Part shown: in pieces, positions 54,601 to 64,000 of the stretch
Numbering within the stretch: position 1 is the stretch's first letter
Layout of the letters: every line of letters begins with the position of its first letter
NCBI GenBank assembly: GCA_002633005.1
Contig: NMRA01000577.1
Coordinates: 62,001-126,000 of the forward strand
Origin: Phoronis australis
Lineage: Eukaryota > Animalia > Phoronida
Direction: 5' to 3'
Length of the DNA: 64,000 nt
Translations under genes and position numbers: made by a program
Notes under the pieces: model-generated
The model's database searches: none
What the model was told of the DNA's origin: nothing
The model's input: the letters and a program-made list of their open reading frames with translations, nothing else

Positions 54601-57600
54601 ACATGTTGATATTGTATAAATAAATGGTGATATATATTGATATATGCGTTAATACATATTAATATTGATATTTGTTGACATGAATAGATGTTAATGTCTG
54701 TCGATAATTTTTGGATATGAGGATTGTAAATATTCCTGGCAATTACAATGTATACAAAATGGAGCCAGGATGGCACAACAAGAGAGGGGTGATGACTACT
54801 GCCCTGGGGTCTGTTTTAGGAAGATTGACTTTAGACTTGAGACAGAAATTAGGTCTTACGCGCCACATAACTTTGATATTTCTGAAAAATAATTTAAACA
54901 AAGTTTAGCAAAAGAATGTAGTATATGAGAATATACCAATAATTGTTCATCACTGAGAAATTTTGAACAAATAATTATATGATTAAACATTTATTTGACA
55001 TTTGTGAAGTGGGGGTGTAAGGACAAATTTTGGTCTTAAGTCTTCTGTCAGTTTTCATGAAACAGATCCCTGAACACTGTAGTGATGTTGCTATTGCTGA
55101 GCCACACATGTGTTGTAGGGTAAAGAGCAGGAACATACGTTTGTGTTTCGTCTGCCGAATGAGAAGGCGTGTAAACACCTATGGAAGTGTGCCGTGGAGC
55201 ACCACGCCTTCTTCAGGCTGAAGGGTCCTGTCAAAGGTCAGAGTACGAGGCAGAACTTCTTTAGGATGGGGTCGCGCTTTCGATACAGGTACAATTGTCA
55301 TCTTGAGTGGACGCAATGCGCTATTAGTCGTATACATGGCGGTGCTTTCCTGTAATAGCATTGTTCGACACACACATAGTTTAGCATTTCACCTCACCTC
55401 AGGACATCAAGTAGAGTCATTAAGTTACGATGCTGCCACACAAGTGGTGTTCAGCCAAAACAAAGGAACATTATCTGTGAAGAGCATTATTGACCAGTTT
55501 CACAGTTACTACTTTTTCTACAGTTACCGACTTTCACCAAGGTTACTATACTGGTTTTATACGCCAAAAATGTGATAATGACTGAGGTAGAGCTCGGGTC
55601 ATTATCACATTTTTGTCCGAGTGTGAAAGTCTACATTGTTTTATTACGGTATATGATTATGTCCACTAAGTAATTCATTGGTGGAGTATGTTTGAGCTTT
55701 CAATCATAGGTTGGCCACTTATTCGGTTTGCATATTTACCTTGGTTACGATTATTTAAAACCAAATGTGACATCAGAATCCGGATGACGTAAACAGGCTT
55801 AAAAAGCTGTGCTGGTAGCGTAGTAGTAAAGTAGTAGCTTGTAAACAATCAATTAAGTTTTTAATTAAAAAATGGCGTTACCATAGTAATGGTCCATATG
55901 AAGGTATGAGTGTTCACTATGGAGAATACAAGTTTATAACTTGATAGTTAGTCCTGAATGGAAGGGTCTGGATTTACTTGATCGTGTAGATGCCATTGAC
56001 AAAAAGATTCAGCTGGTCACTGCAGTGTCACATGACTGATTGATCTTCCAAGTCCTTTCCACCAATACTTATTACAATAGGGTAACGTGAAACTTAAACA
56101 GATTACTCTCCTGGTTTACAAGTATTATTTCAGAGACGGAACAATTTATTTATTGATTTATTATTAATGTAATATTTACAATGAGGGTAGCCTCGTCAGT
56201 TCACACTACTTTTCATGGGGGCCCTCAGTAAAATCGTACAGACAGTAAGAAAAATTTCACTGTTCTTGAGGTTTTTTATGGGTCATAATCCTTATTACTT
56301 TACACTGTCTGTTTACATGTCTGTCTGCTTGTTTGTCTGTCTGCCTTTACTCACTCCAGCTGTGTTCTCTCACCCCAACAGTGGTAGGACAGAGTTCCAG
56401 ACTGCTGTCAGTAGTTCAGCTCGCCGCAGTGTTCGCTTTGAACGGCGACCTAGTCAGAGGTACTCACGCAGGTCAACATTTGAACAGAAAGAACGTATGA
56501 AGGCAGAGAAGAAGAGACGAGCGGAAGAGAAGGAGAAAGAAACAACAGAGGGAGCTAAGGAGAGCGAGACGTGAGTGACCATTTGCACTGAGAATACGCT
56601 CATGCCAAAATTAAATACTGACCACAGAGATAAACTTGACGGTAATTGTTGGAAATTTTATTGATAGCAGATGTAATTTTGAAGAAATTGTTTGAGTGGG
56701 GGACCAGCATTGATAAAAACAGATTAGGACAACATAATTGAGAGTTTCATGTGCTCCTAAAGTTATCTTTGTCACTTGTGTTGATCTAATGTGTTCATTC
56801 TTGCGCAGGTCACCAGCCAGGGTAAAGGAGCCTGGCTCCCCTGTGTCTACTTCAAGTGTGGATGGTGCTGCCAAACCTGTTGTCAAGGAAACGCTGATTG
56901 ACAATGTGACCACGCCAGAGGAACCATTACCTGCTTCAGGTAAGTAGCAGATGAAACTGTGGCCACACAAACGTGATATCTACTTGAATTGGAGGTGTCC
57001 AAGCTGCGCTTCCAACATAATTAGTGAGCAATCCCCCCCTCCCCATAGACAGCAGCTCAATATATTGGTACTGTCAGAATCTTTTGGTGGGTCTATGAAT
57101 GTTTGTTTAGTTTCAACGTTTGAGTGCTTGGACAAACTTGGTTTCTGTAGAATAACTGGAAGAATTAGTGACGGATGTCTGTTAAACTTGTGAACTCCAT
57201 GCATTTAATTGTAACCTGTTTCAATTTAACCTGAGGAAAAGAAACACAGTGACATTGTCTTGCATGAGCCTGTAAGGAAAGTCACATTTGACTTCAGAAT
57301 ATGGCTTACAACAGCTTCAAGTGACCGACTCCATTGAATTACAGAGTGAAAATGTACCGCAAAAAAATCTGACTTCATTAAGAAGTTGTTGAATTCAAAG
57401 AAATTGCCGCTGTTCCTGATTGACAATGCTGTGGAGTCAGCCTTGTTTTCTTGTGGCTGTAATACATAGGCGGATTTAGGGGGTGGGGGCCCAGGGGGCC
57501 CGGCCCCCCCTTGGCTGCCGCAAAAAAATAAAACAGTAAGAGGGTAGGGAAATGGCGAGTTTATTAATTAACCCCGGTAGTTAAAATTATACGGATGAAA

Positions 57601-59681
57601 AAAGATTTAAATGTGTGCAGTTTTAGTGTTCGTAACGGAACTATGGCTAAGTATAGAATCTCCCGCGATATCCTAGGCGGCCGGCAGCGGCGCTGTGCAC
57701 TACGACTCCGTTTCCGTCGTCTGCTCCACTGTGCAATGAAGAAAATTTACTTCATTTTTTAAAGAAAATGGAACCTGAGTGACGATGAAAAAACAGAAGC
57801 TGCTGGTAAGATGTGAATTTTAATCGAAGCCTTAGTGAATCACTCAGAAACTCGCAATACTCTCTATGTCAAACCTTATCTTAAGACGGTTTCCAAAGCA
57901 ATCCCGTCATTATTGCCAACACGAAAAATGGATTTGGTCTTTTGGGCATTTGAAGACTATTTCAAATACGACAAATTTGTTAAGAATTGATGGCACAAAA
58001 TATAAAACGTGTAATAAGCATTACAAAAAGAAGTAGGTTTTGCGCGCAAACGCTGTGGACCATAAACAAGTAGGTCTTTTAGCATGGGATTAGAATGTAA
58101 GTCGTGGTGGTGTAGTGGTAACGCACGCGCGCTCTAACTGCCAGGTCGTGAGCTCGAGTCTTTGGTACTACTAGTTTTTTCCTGTTTGACACGTTCTTGT
58201 TTTTTTGCCTTTTTTTCTTGAATAATACTTCTGGAATCAAAGAAAATGCTTGATCAGAGGTAAAAACAGAAAAATTTCCTGGGCGGGAGGGGGGCAAACC
58301 CCCCATTCGGTGCTATGCGCATCTACAATTGTTCAGTTTGCGCAAATGTTTGCTGCCGGACAAAATGTTGGGCCCCCCCTTGTGATATCCTAGATCCGCC
58401 ACAGTAATATCTGTAGTGATCCACGATTAAAACAAACCAGATTAATTGGCTGAACGGTGTTATAGTCGTGATGTTATATTCAAGGCTGTCGCCACAATAG
58501 CCCAAAGTCACACCAACCAATAATTCACCAAGTGTAAAAAGAGTTTTTTATGTCAGTTAAAAAGCAACCTGCTGTCTAGGAAGGTCAGAGTTACACTTCT
58601 CCGTTCTCTAAACACCTCTTTTCAAAGATAAGTTCATAATGTTAGCTCATGGTGATAATCTGTGACTGCAAATGTATCTCGCCGTTTTAGCGTCTAACAT
58701 TCAAATCTCCGGTGATTAACGGTAACTAATGTGGTGGTACTTCCTCAATCACTATCTGCAAACTTTCGTCATAGCTATACTTTTGCTCACGCTCACTGAC
58801 TTCGGACGAGGCATAGCCAGCAATAACGGATAGCTTGGTAATGCGGACAGACAAGATTCTCGCTTACGGGTTTCCATTGAAAGTGTGTTTGATATATCCT
58901 TGTGTATAGTGTAGTCAACTCCTTCTCTATATTGGCCGACAGTCTTGCCTGGCACTTGGTCACGGTTTAATTCCACCAGTGCGTGGATATTGAATCTTTC
59001 AGTCCATGGTCAAGGCCGTGGTAGCTGGCTTCAAGAGTCAATTCTGGCATCGTGCTGCCTTTGTTTTTCCCTGCGTAACATATTTCAAAAGTATAGACTG
59101 ACTAATTGCCTCATTATAGCCTCGTCTGCCCTAGAGCGATTGGATAACTTGATCAAGACACCCAACAAGGATCGACCGGTCAGTGCCTCGTCGTCCAGGT
59201 CTGACCACTCTGCCGGACCTTCTCAATCTGCCGCAGCATCACCCCAAGTCAGTCTTTTAGGTAAGTTGGACATGAAGCAGTTAGTTTAAAGTCATGTATG
59301 ACAACAGTAAGGCCTTGGCTCTTTTGATTGGTTGCTTGTATCCCCTCTAGCTGTGAGTTGTTGTTTTTAGGTACTGATCCAGTTTGATCCAGTTTGTTTC
59401 ATGTGCTTGTTTCTGCTAATTTGAGAGACTTTTGTGAATTCAGAGAAAACTTGTTGTTTTTACTTTGAATGTGATTATTTTAGATGCGTCTGAGGCAGCG
59501 CAGGCCAGACTCAAAGGCCTTGACAGTCCTGGTCCTGTGGTCAATAAGCCGTCCCAGCCGAAAGACAAGAACATATTTAAGAATAACCAAGTGAAGTTCG
59601 CCGGTGGCGCCGCCAGCATTCCTCCAGACCAGATGAAGTGTAACATTCTTAAGGCCAAGGCTGAAGAGGAAATGAAGAAAG
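30455..59681 (+). CDS. EPB41L5: Band 4.1-like protein 5 / Yurt-type FERM-FA protein, coding span of well-supported exons; 3' end not resolved
   Basis: 13 phase-consistent exons. [71 protein letters not shown] and [12 protein letters not shown] are characteristic of EPB41L5/EPB41L4B/Yurt. Confidence 0.94.
33122..33226 (+). CDS. EPB41L5: EPB41L5-like exon 2 (KKAEG...[15 protein letters not shown]...NVS)
   Basis: 105 nt, TTTCAG/GTAAGT. Confidence 0.94.
33995..34282. mobile_element. MITE, Harbinger-like termini
   Basis: GGTCTGTTTCATGTAAAGTAACTTAAGAC / GTCTTAAGACACTTTCATGAAATGGACC. Confidence 0.6.
37098..37140 (+). CDS. EPB41L5: EPB41L5-like exon 3 ([14 protein letters not shown])
   Basis: 43 nt, CAG/GTAAGT. 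Confidence 0.93.
39329..39697. mobile_element. Non-autonomous DNA element with TTAA-like ends (Kolobok/piggyBac-type); partial second copy at about 48385-48533
   Basis: TTGAGGTTACATAGGACC / GGTCCTACATAACATTAA; 3' half homologous to the 48.4-48.5 kb segment. Confidence 0.55.
40680..41270. repeat. Minisatellite, 41-bp core unit with degenerate flanking copies
   Basis: TGTTTCTGCACACTTAGTGTACAACATTGACTAGATTCTAG at 40990, 41031, 41072, 41113, 41154. Confidence 0.9.
43529..43566. repeat. (GT)n(GCGT)n microsatellite
   Basis: Direct reading. Confidence 0.9.
45155..45286 (-). mobile_element. Short copy of element family B (same termini as 57465-58404, opposite orientation)
   Basis: CACTGGCAGATCTAGGATATCA ... 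CCCTAAATCTGGCTATG; flanks GGCCA / GGCAA. Confidence 0.6.
45597..45675 (+). CDS. EPB41L5: EPB41L5-like exon 4 ([26 protein letters not shown])
   Basis: 79 nt, CAG/GTAAGT. Confidence 0.94.
47376..47429. repeat. 15-bp tandem repeat (TGAAATTTCATTTTG, about 3.5 copies)
   Basis: Direct reading. Confidence 0.85.
51617..51714 (+). CDS. EPB41L5: EPB41L5-like exon 5 ([14 protein letters not shown]...LAALALQ)
   Basis: 98 nt, CAG/GTAAGT. Confidence 0.93.
51703..51914. repeat. 31-bp tandem repeat (7 copies) overlapping the exon 5 donor
   Basis: AATGTAAGT at 51712, 51743, 51774, 51805, 51836, 51867 and a mutated copy at 51898. Confidence 0.95.
52211..52337 (+). CDS. EPB41L5: EPB41L5-like exon 6 (ELGDY...SEFRFVP...QTEEMEL...YKKC), copy A
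   Basis: 127 nt, CAG/GTAAGT; duplicate at 52834-52960. Confidence 0.8.
52834..52960 (+). CDS. EPB41L5: EPB41L5-like exon 6, copy B (probably the other haplotype)
   Basis: Identical exon inside the N-joined duplication. Confidence 0.75.
53770..53857 (+). CDS. EPB41L5: EPB41L5-like exon 7 ([29 protein letters not shown])
   Basis: 88 nt, CAG/GTAACG. Confidence 0.94.
54299..54457 (+). CDS. EPB41L5: EPB41L5-like exon 8 ([15 protein letters not shown]...FFWPK...VVVEDDDE)
   Basis: 159 nt, CAG/GTAAGT. Confidence 0.94.
55119..55288 (+). CDS. EPB41L5: EPB41L5-like exon 9 ([12 protein letters not shown]...GSRFRY)
   Basis: 170 nt, TAG/GTACAA. Confidence 0.94.
56382..56570 (+). CDS. EPB41L5: EPB41L5-like exon 10 (FA domain and charged helix)
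   Basis: 189 nt, CAG/GTGAGT, GRTEFQT...[12 protein letters not shown]. Confidence 0.92.
56809..56939 (+). CDS. EPB41L5: EPB41L5-like exon 11 ([11 protein letters not shown]...EPLPAS)
   Basis: 131 nt, phase 2 to 1, CAG/GTAAGT. Confidence 0.85.
57465..58404 (+). mobile_element. Non-autonomous TIR element family B (about 940 bp) carrying a tRNA-like segment
   Basis: Termini CATAGGCGGATTTAGG / CCTAGATCCGCCACAG, TAATA on both flanks, CpG-richer than the host intron. Confidence 0.7.
59120..59260 (+). CDS. EPB41L5: EPB41L5-like exon 12 ([12 protein letters not shown]...QVSLL)
   Basis: 141 nt, phase 1 to 1, TAG/GTAAGT. Confidence 0.82.
59484..59681 (+). CDS. EPB41L5: EPB41L5-like exon 13 ([12 protein letters not shown]...[21 protein letters not shown])
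   Basis: 198 nt, phase 1 to 1; the K.NILKA motif recalls a conserved block in the EPB41L5/Yurt C-terminal region. Confidence 0.85.
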
Positions 59682-60984
59682 GTTGGTAGTTGGTGCTGGG
59701 ATATTGTGTTGATGTAGTATCATGGTCAAGGTCAAAGGTGAAGAGAAAATGAAGATAAGTTGGGGTCATGTTGGTGATGATACGGCATTTTGTGTTGAGA
59801 AAATGCCTGTAATCTATCTCTTGTCAAAAATCTGGTTCTGGTCTGAAGTCTTAGCACTTGGTAAGTGTAACCTGTACAAGGACAAAGTAGAAGTGACAGG
59901 ACACAAGGGGTGTGTATCTGTTCTACACAGATTGTTGCATGAGATCCTGTTTGTATCCTTTATCATTAGACTTTACTTGACACATGGACACCTTTGTACC
60001 AGTGTTCTATTGTGTACACTGTCATTCAATTTAGTTTTTTGGCCTGTATGCCACAATCACAGGTTGAAATTTCACCTGATACAGGGAATAATTTTACCAT
60101 CACAGCAACTAATTTTACTCTGTGGTATAACTTTTTGTTTGTTGGAGCGGCCGTCTCACTACCATCCTGTCGTACTTATATACACTCACATAGTCATTGC
60201 GTTGGTGCATATTGCTATCACCTCAGCCTGGGTGCTATATTGTCTAGTAAATCCTTTGCAGGATCTTAATGCCATTTGGCAGGTGTGTAACCTATAAATG
60301 TGGTGATGAATGAGGGTGATTTTCAGACTGCTTCTCCATAACTACCATTAATTGCCTTGCTGGAACTACATTCAGTTTTGACAGATAGGTTTCTACGAAG
60401 GTGAAGACAGCACCTGGCCATTTTTTGCCAGACTCCAGCATGTTTTTAGCTTCCTAGTGGAAATTTTAGTATTTTTGATGTTTGTTTTTTCCATTTGCTG
60501 TCTGTCGAGTGCTTTGAAGGATTGTTGCGAAATTTGACTAATGCGATGCATATGCAGGGCAGCACTTATTCTTTGATTTTTTATTTTTGTTCCAGCTAAT
60601 AAAACTCATCAGATATAGTCTTGGGATTCACAGTTTCATAGAATAGTGTTATTGTTATTCCGTTTGTCTCCACATTCTCTTGTATTTGTGTCACTGTCAT
60701 TTGCTTTACCTGTGTACCAGTCTGGTGTTCTAAATTTGCGGTATGCTTACCGAATGCTGGTCATTTCCAGCCATCCTCTTGACATAGTTTTTCAGGGGTT
60801 TTGAGAGTGAGGAATGCTCTTTTGTTATCATCGTGTTCAAACTATAGTCATGGTGATTGGCACAACTCAACACCAAATAAATTACACACCATCTATCCTT
60901 TCAGTTTGTACTATTTTTTGTCAGCAAATTTATTTTATCTTGTTTCCAACAATTACTGTTTATGTGTTTTATTGTCTGTTTTAG

Positions 60985-61014
60985 ACTGCAATCTCACACA
61001 AGCTACCCACAAAG
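60985..61014 (+). CDS. Candidate 30-nt symmetric micro-exon of the EPB41L5-like gene (DCNLTQATHK)
   Basis: Pyrimidine tract plus TAG, AAG|GTACAG donor, phase 1 to 1, no stop. Confidence 0.35.
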
Positions 61015-62315
61015 GTACAGCTGTGCATATCTATTAACATTTTCTGAACAAACAACTGCACTATCTCCTGCCTTCTTTTTGTAATCTGCCAATCATTTAC
61101 CCAGACTTTGTGTCAGTCATAGCTGTGTGGGCGTGATTAAGAGCTGACTGACCAATGCGTGCTTGTGAAAGGTGGTCCAACATGAAGTACTGATTTGAAT
61201 TTTCATTTCTCTCCTCCCTCTGTGGTTCAGCCGAGCCACACTTTACATTTCTCAATTGTTGTAAAAATTGCTTAACAAACCTTAAATGAGAGCTGCATAC
61301 TGACCTCAAATGGCTCATTTACTACGTTTGACGGACAAATCACAATTGAGAATTTCTTATGTAAACCCAGATGCTTCATACCATTTTGTTGTATGATGTC
61401 ATGCTTTAGATCATAGAAACCTCTGTGGTGTTATTCAGTTCACATTCTTCAGTTAACCCTCTTAGTCTTTCCATGGTGAAGGCTTTTTACTAAACATCCT
61501 GTATTATTGCTGGATTGAAAACAAACCACGTCTGGGGTTGCTACTTATAATTTGGTGCATGAGGGGATGTGGGCCTTGCCATCAAATGTTGAATTCAAGA
61601 ACCAAGGACATGATTCCAAACAGAACACCATATTCTGCGACTGAACGACGTGTTCTTTTAAGCATTTCGTGTTGTGCTCTTGTCAAAATTGCCAGGAATC
61701 GTTAAACATTCGCTCACATCTTTGCATATCATAGGCAATCACCAAGGTGTGTAGCGTTTGAAATTGTAATGACATTGTGTGGTCCCTAACACAGTTGCTG
61801 AGTGACTGTTTAAGTGTTAATCAGGAGGTAGACATATTGTGGTTTCACCAGTTAGTAGTTGTCAGCTAGGACTAGCCTAGTGTTTGTCCTAATGGTGCTC
61901 TGATACTTCAGACAATTTGGTCACGTATAACACTGCACTGTTTACAGGCTCGTCTCGCTTTCACTTGACTGGTTGGTCGCTTAGTAAATGTATTCAAGTT
62001 ATCGCGATCACTGTAACACGCTTGGTTTAACTATAATTGTCTGCCTTTATACACATTTATGTGTGTATCATCACAAGTCGTTTTGCCTCGTAAATACATT
62101 TTTTGTTAAAGTAATATTGGCGCTACTTCAACGGGCCAACAATGGCCAACTCCTCTGTATAACAATTGAAAACAGGAAATGATAATATGCTTAATTTTTT
62201 GTGACCGTTGAAAAATTAGATCAAAATATTCAACACTCGCCACTGTGTGAAGCATGATAATAGCCATACTTCTTAAACAGGGCTAACGCACTGTAAGTCG
62301 TCAAAAATATCAATA

Positions 62316-62343
62316 CCATACCATACCATACCATACCGTACCA
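62316..62343. repeat. (ATACC)n microsatellite
   Basis: Direct reading. Confidence 0.85.
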
Positions 62344-62472
62344 AATGTGGAAAATTTGAAAGATGAATTTGATGGTCACAATTCAGTTTGAAATGTAATC
62401 CAGGGACATGATGTTTTGTTCTTCATTACTGCTTGTATTGGTTGTACAAATTTACCTTCTTTCCCGTTTCAG

Positions 62473-62512
62473 CGCCACCTAGTGACCATGAGAGCAGTGA
62501 CGAATCCTCAAG
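62473..62512 (+). CDS. Candidate small exon of the EPB41L5-like gene (APPSDHESSDESS)
   Basis: Strong acceptor TTCCCGTTTCAG, AAG|GTATAG donor, phase 1 in, open frame. Confidence 0.45.
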
Positions 62513-64000
62513 GTATAGTAAAGTATTTGTGTAGCAGTCTGACCTGTTCTCAGCTGGCATGGATGTTGCGAGTTCCCTCTTTGCCATGCTTTTCCACGTG
62601 TAGTCAGTCTTGGCAGATATTTTAGTGCTGCTTTTTGTTTGAAACCATCGCTCAGATATGCAAAATATCGAACATTTTGATGGTTGTACAGTTTAGTTGC
62701 TTGAATTGTTTTTCTTTTTGATTTTGTTACTGAAAGACTGTCAATAGAAAAAACACCTCTCATGCTTCCTAGTTAGATAACAGGTATTACTTTAGATGTT
62801 GTTTCAGTAGTACTGCTTGCAGATGACCTGCATTTTACGTAGTCAGACTCCAACGTGGCAGTGAGCAGTGGTTCTCTATGTTCCCTTTATGACACTCAAA
62901 AAGCTTTCTTGCCAATGCAATTTTCAAATGCCCTTGCAACTGAGGTTTAAACTGAACAATTTACAGCTTGCCAGCTCACCACATTTTGTGACCTCCCCAA
63001 GATAACACTTAGTTCATGTTTCAAGCCAAAGCTAATTACCCACTATCTCTTAACACAGTGGCTTCACAAATGTGGGTGGTCAAGTGCCAGGTTTGCTGAG
63101 ACAGATCTAAAGTACACCCCATTTAAAACCATTTCATTATTTATGGTTCTGCAGAGTTAATGTCTCACAGTGTTGGAACTCTGGTGTTTTTGTTAACTCT
63201 TATTTGTTGTTGGACTTATCTCAAAAGAATGACTACCACTGTCACACTTGATCCCTTGTTGGTGGTTGTTTGTTGACCTCTGACCTGCATCCTATCACAG
63301 CCTGACAATTTTAGGCTTGATTTTTTACCTTTTCCCAACCGTGTCCAATCGCAACCTGATATTTTGAGGTTTGACCTTTGAGCTGCTCCCAACCACGCCT
63401 GCGTTCCGTAGAGGCAAGAATCTCGCGAGTAAAGCTAGAGCTGCCCCATGCTTTCTGCGCAACTCGTGCCCATATCTCGCGAAGTCTTGCGTGATCTTGC
63501 ACTTCCACGAGATCCTTGCGTCTACGGAAGGCTGCCCGTGTCCAATCACTGCCTGGCATTTGAGGTAATGACTGAGGCAGGTGCATGTTGCTTTACTACG
63601 CAGCGGTGAAGACGATGCATTCCAGGATAATATTGAGTACAAGCCTGTTTACAAGTTCAACAACCAGAAAAGGTTAGATGCTTTCCTTTCTCCTTCCTCT
63701 CAGTGTAAATCTGGTTCCGAGATTTCTGTTCTTGCGGTGAGTTGCTAGAAAGACGTGCTTATAAAAACTGCACCTCTCGCAAGTTTTCGTGGTACCAGCT
63801 TCATATTGTGGGAATAGCATGCTTTCTGCTCTCACCGCTTTGCTTGCATACTGTGAACTTCGCTTGTCCATGCGTGCAATGTTTGAAGTATATTTTTATT
63901 ACACGTTTCATTTCTTATGGTTCGTTGTTGAGTTGAGTACATAGTCGTAGAATCATTGACTGCATGACAGTTCTTTTTGTGTTTGCCGAGTCTTTGTGAA

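Noticed and set aside
58101-58172. Functional tRNA gene
   Set aside because: A box is present, but the B box is mutated and the anticodon and acceptor stems do not pair; it sits inside a TIR element
59722-60297. 191-aa hydrophobic ORF as a nested gene
   Set aside because: Starts in the duplicated exon end, has no recognisable domain, and its composition reflects T-rich intron sequence

Overview
Animal (probably invertebrate) genomic DNA from a draft assembly. It holds three spliced genes: a PTPN4/PTPN3-type FERM-PDZ tyrosine phosphatase on the minus strand (15 coding exons; the catalytic domain is off the left edge), TMEM177 head-to-head with it on the plus strand (2 coding exons, about 303 aa), and an EPB41L5/Yurt-type FERM protein on the plus strand (13 solid coding exons; 3' end unresolved). 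Exons were rebuilt by hand from GT-AG sites, phase continuity and recalled similarity to the human proteins. Main observations: (1) the trio matches the human TMEM177-PTPN4-EPB41L5 neighbourhood, and the human paralogues PTPN3 and EPB41L4B are also adjacent; (2) three exon-intron junctions have been tandemly copied, giving arrays of decoy splice sites; (3) candidate micro-exons and a structured exon-like segment lie in the Yurt variable region; (4) there are several unclassified MITE-like and palindromic elements. Three N-joined tandem duplications, two containing exons, are most likely assembly artefacts. No prokaryotic systems or CRISPR arrays were seen.
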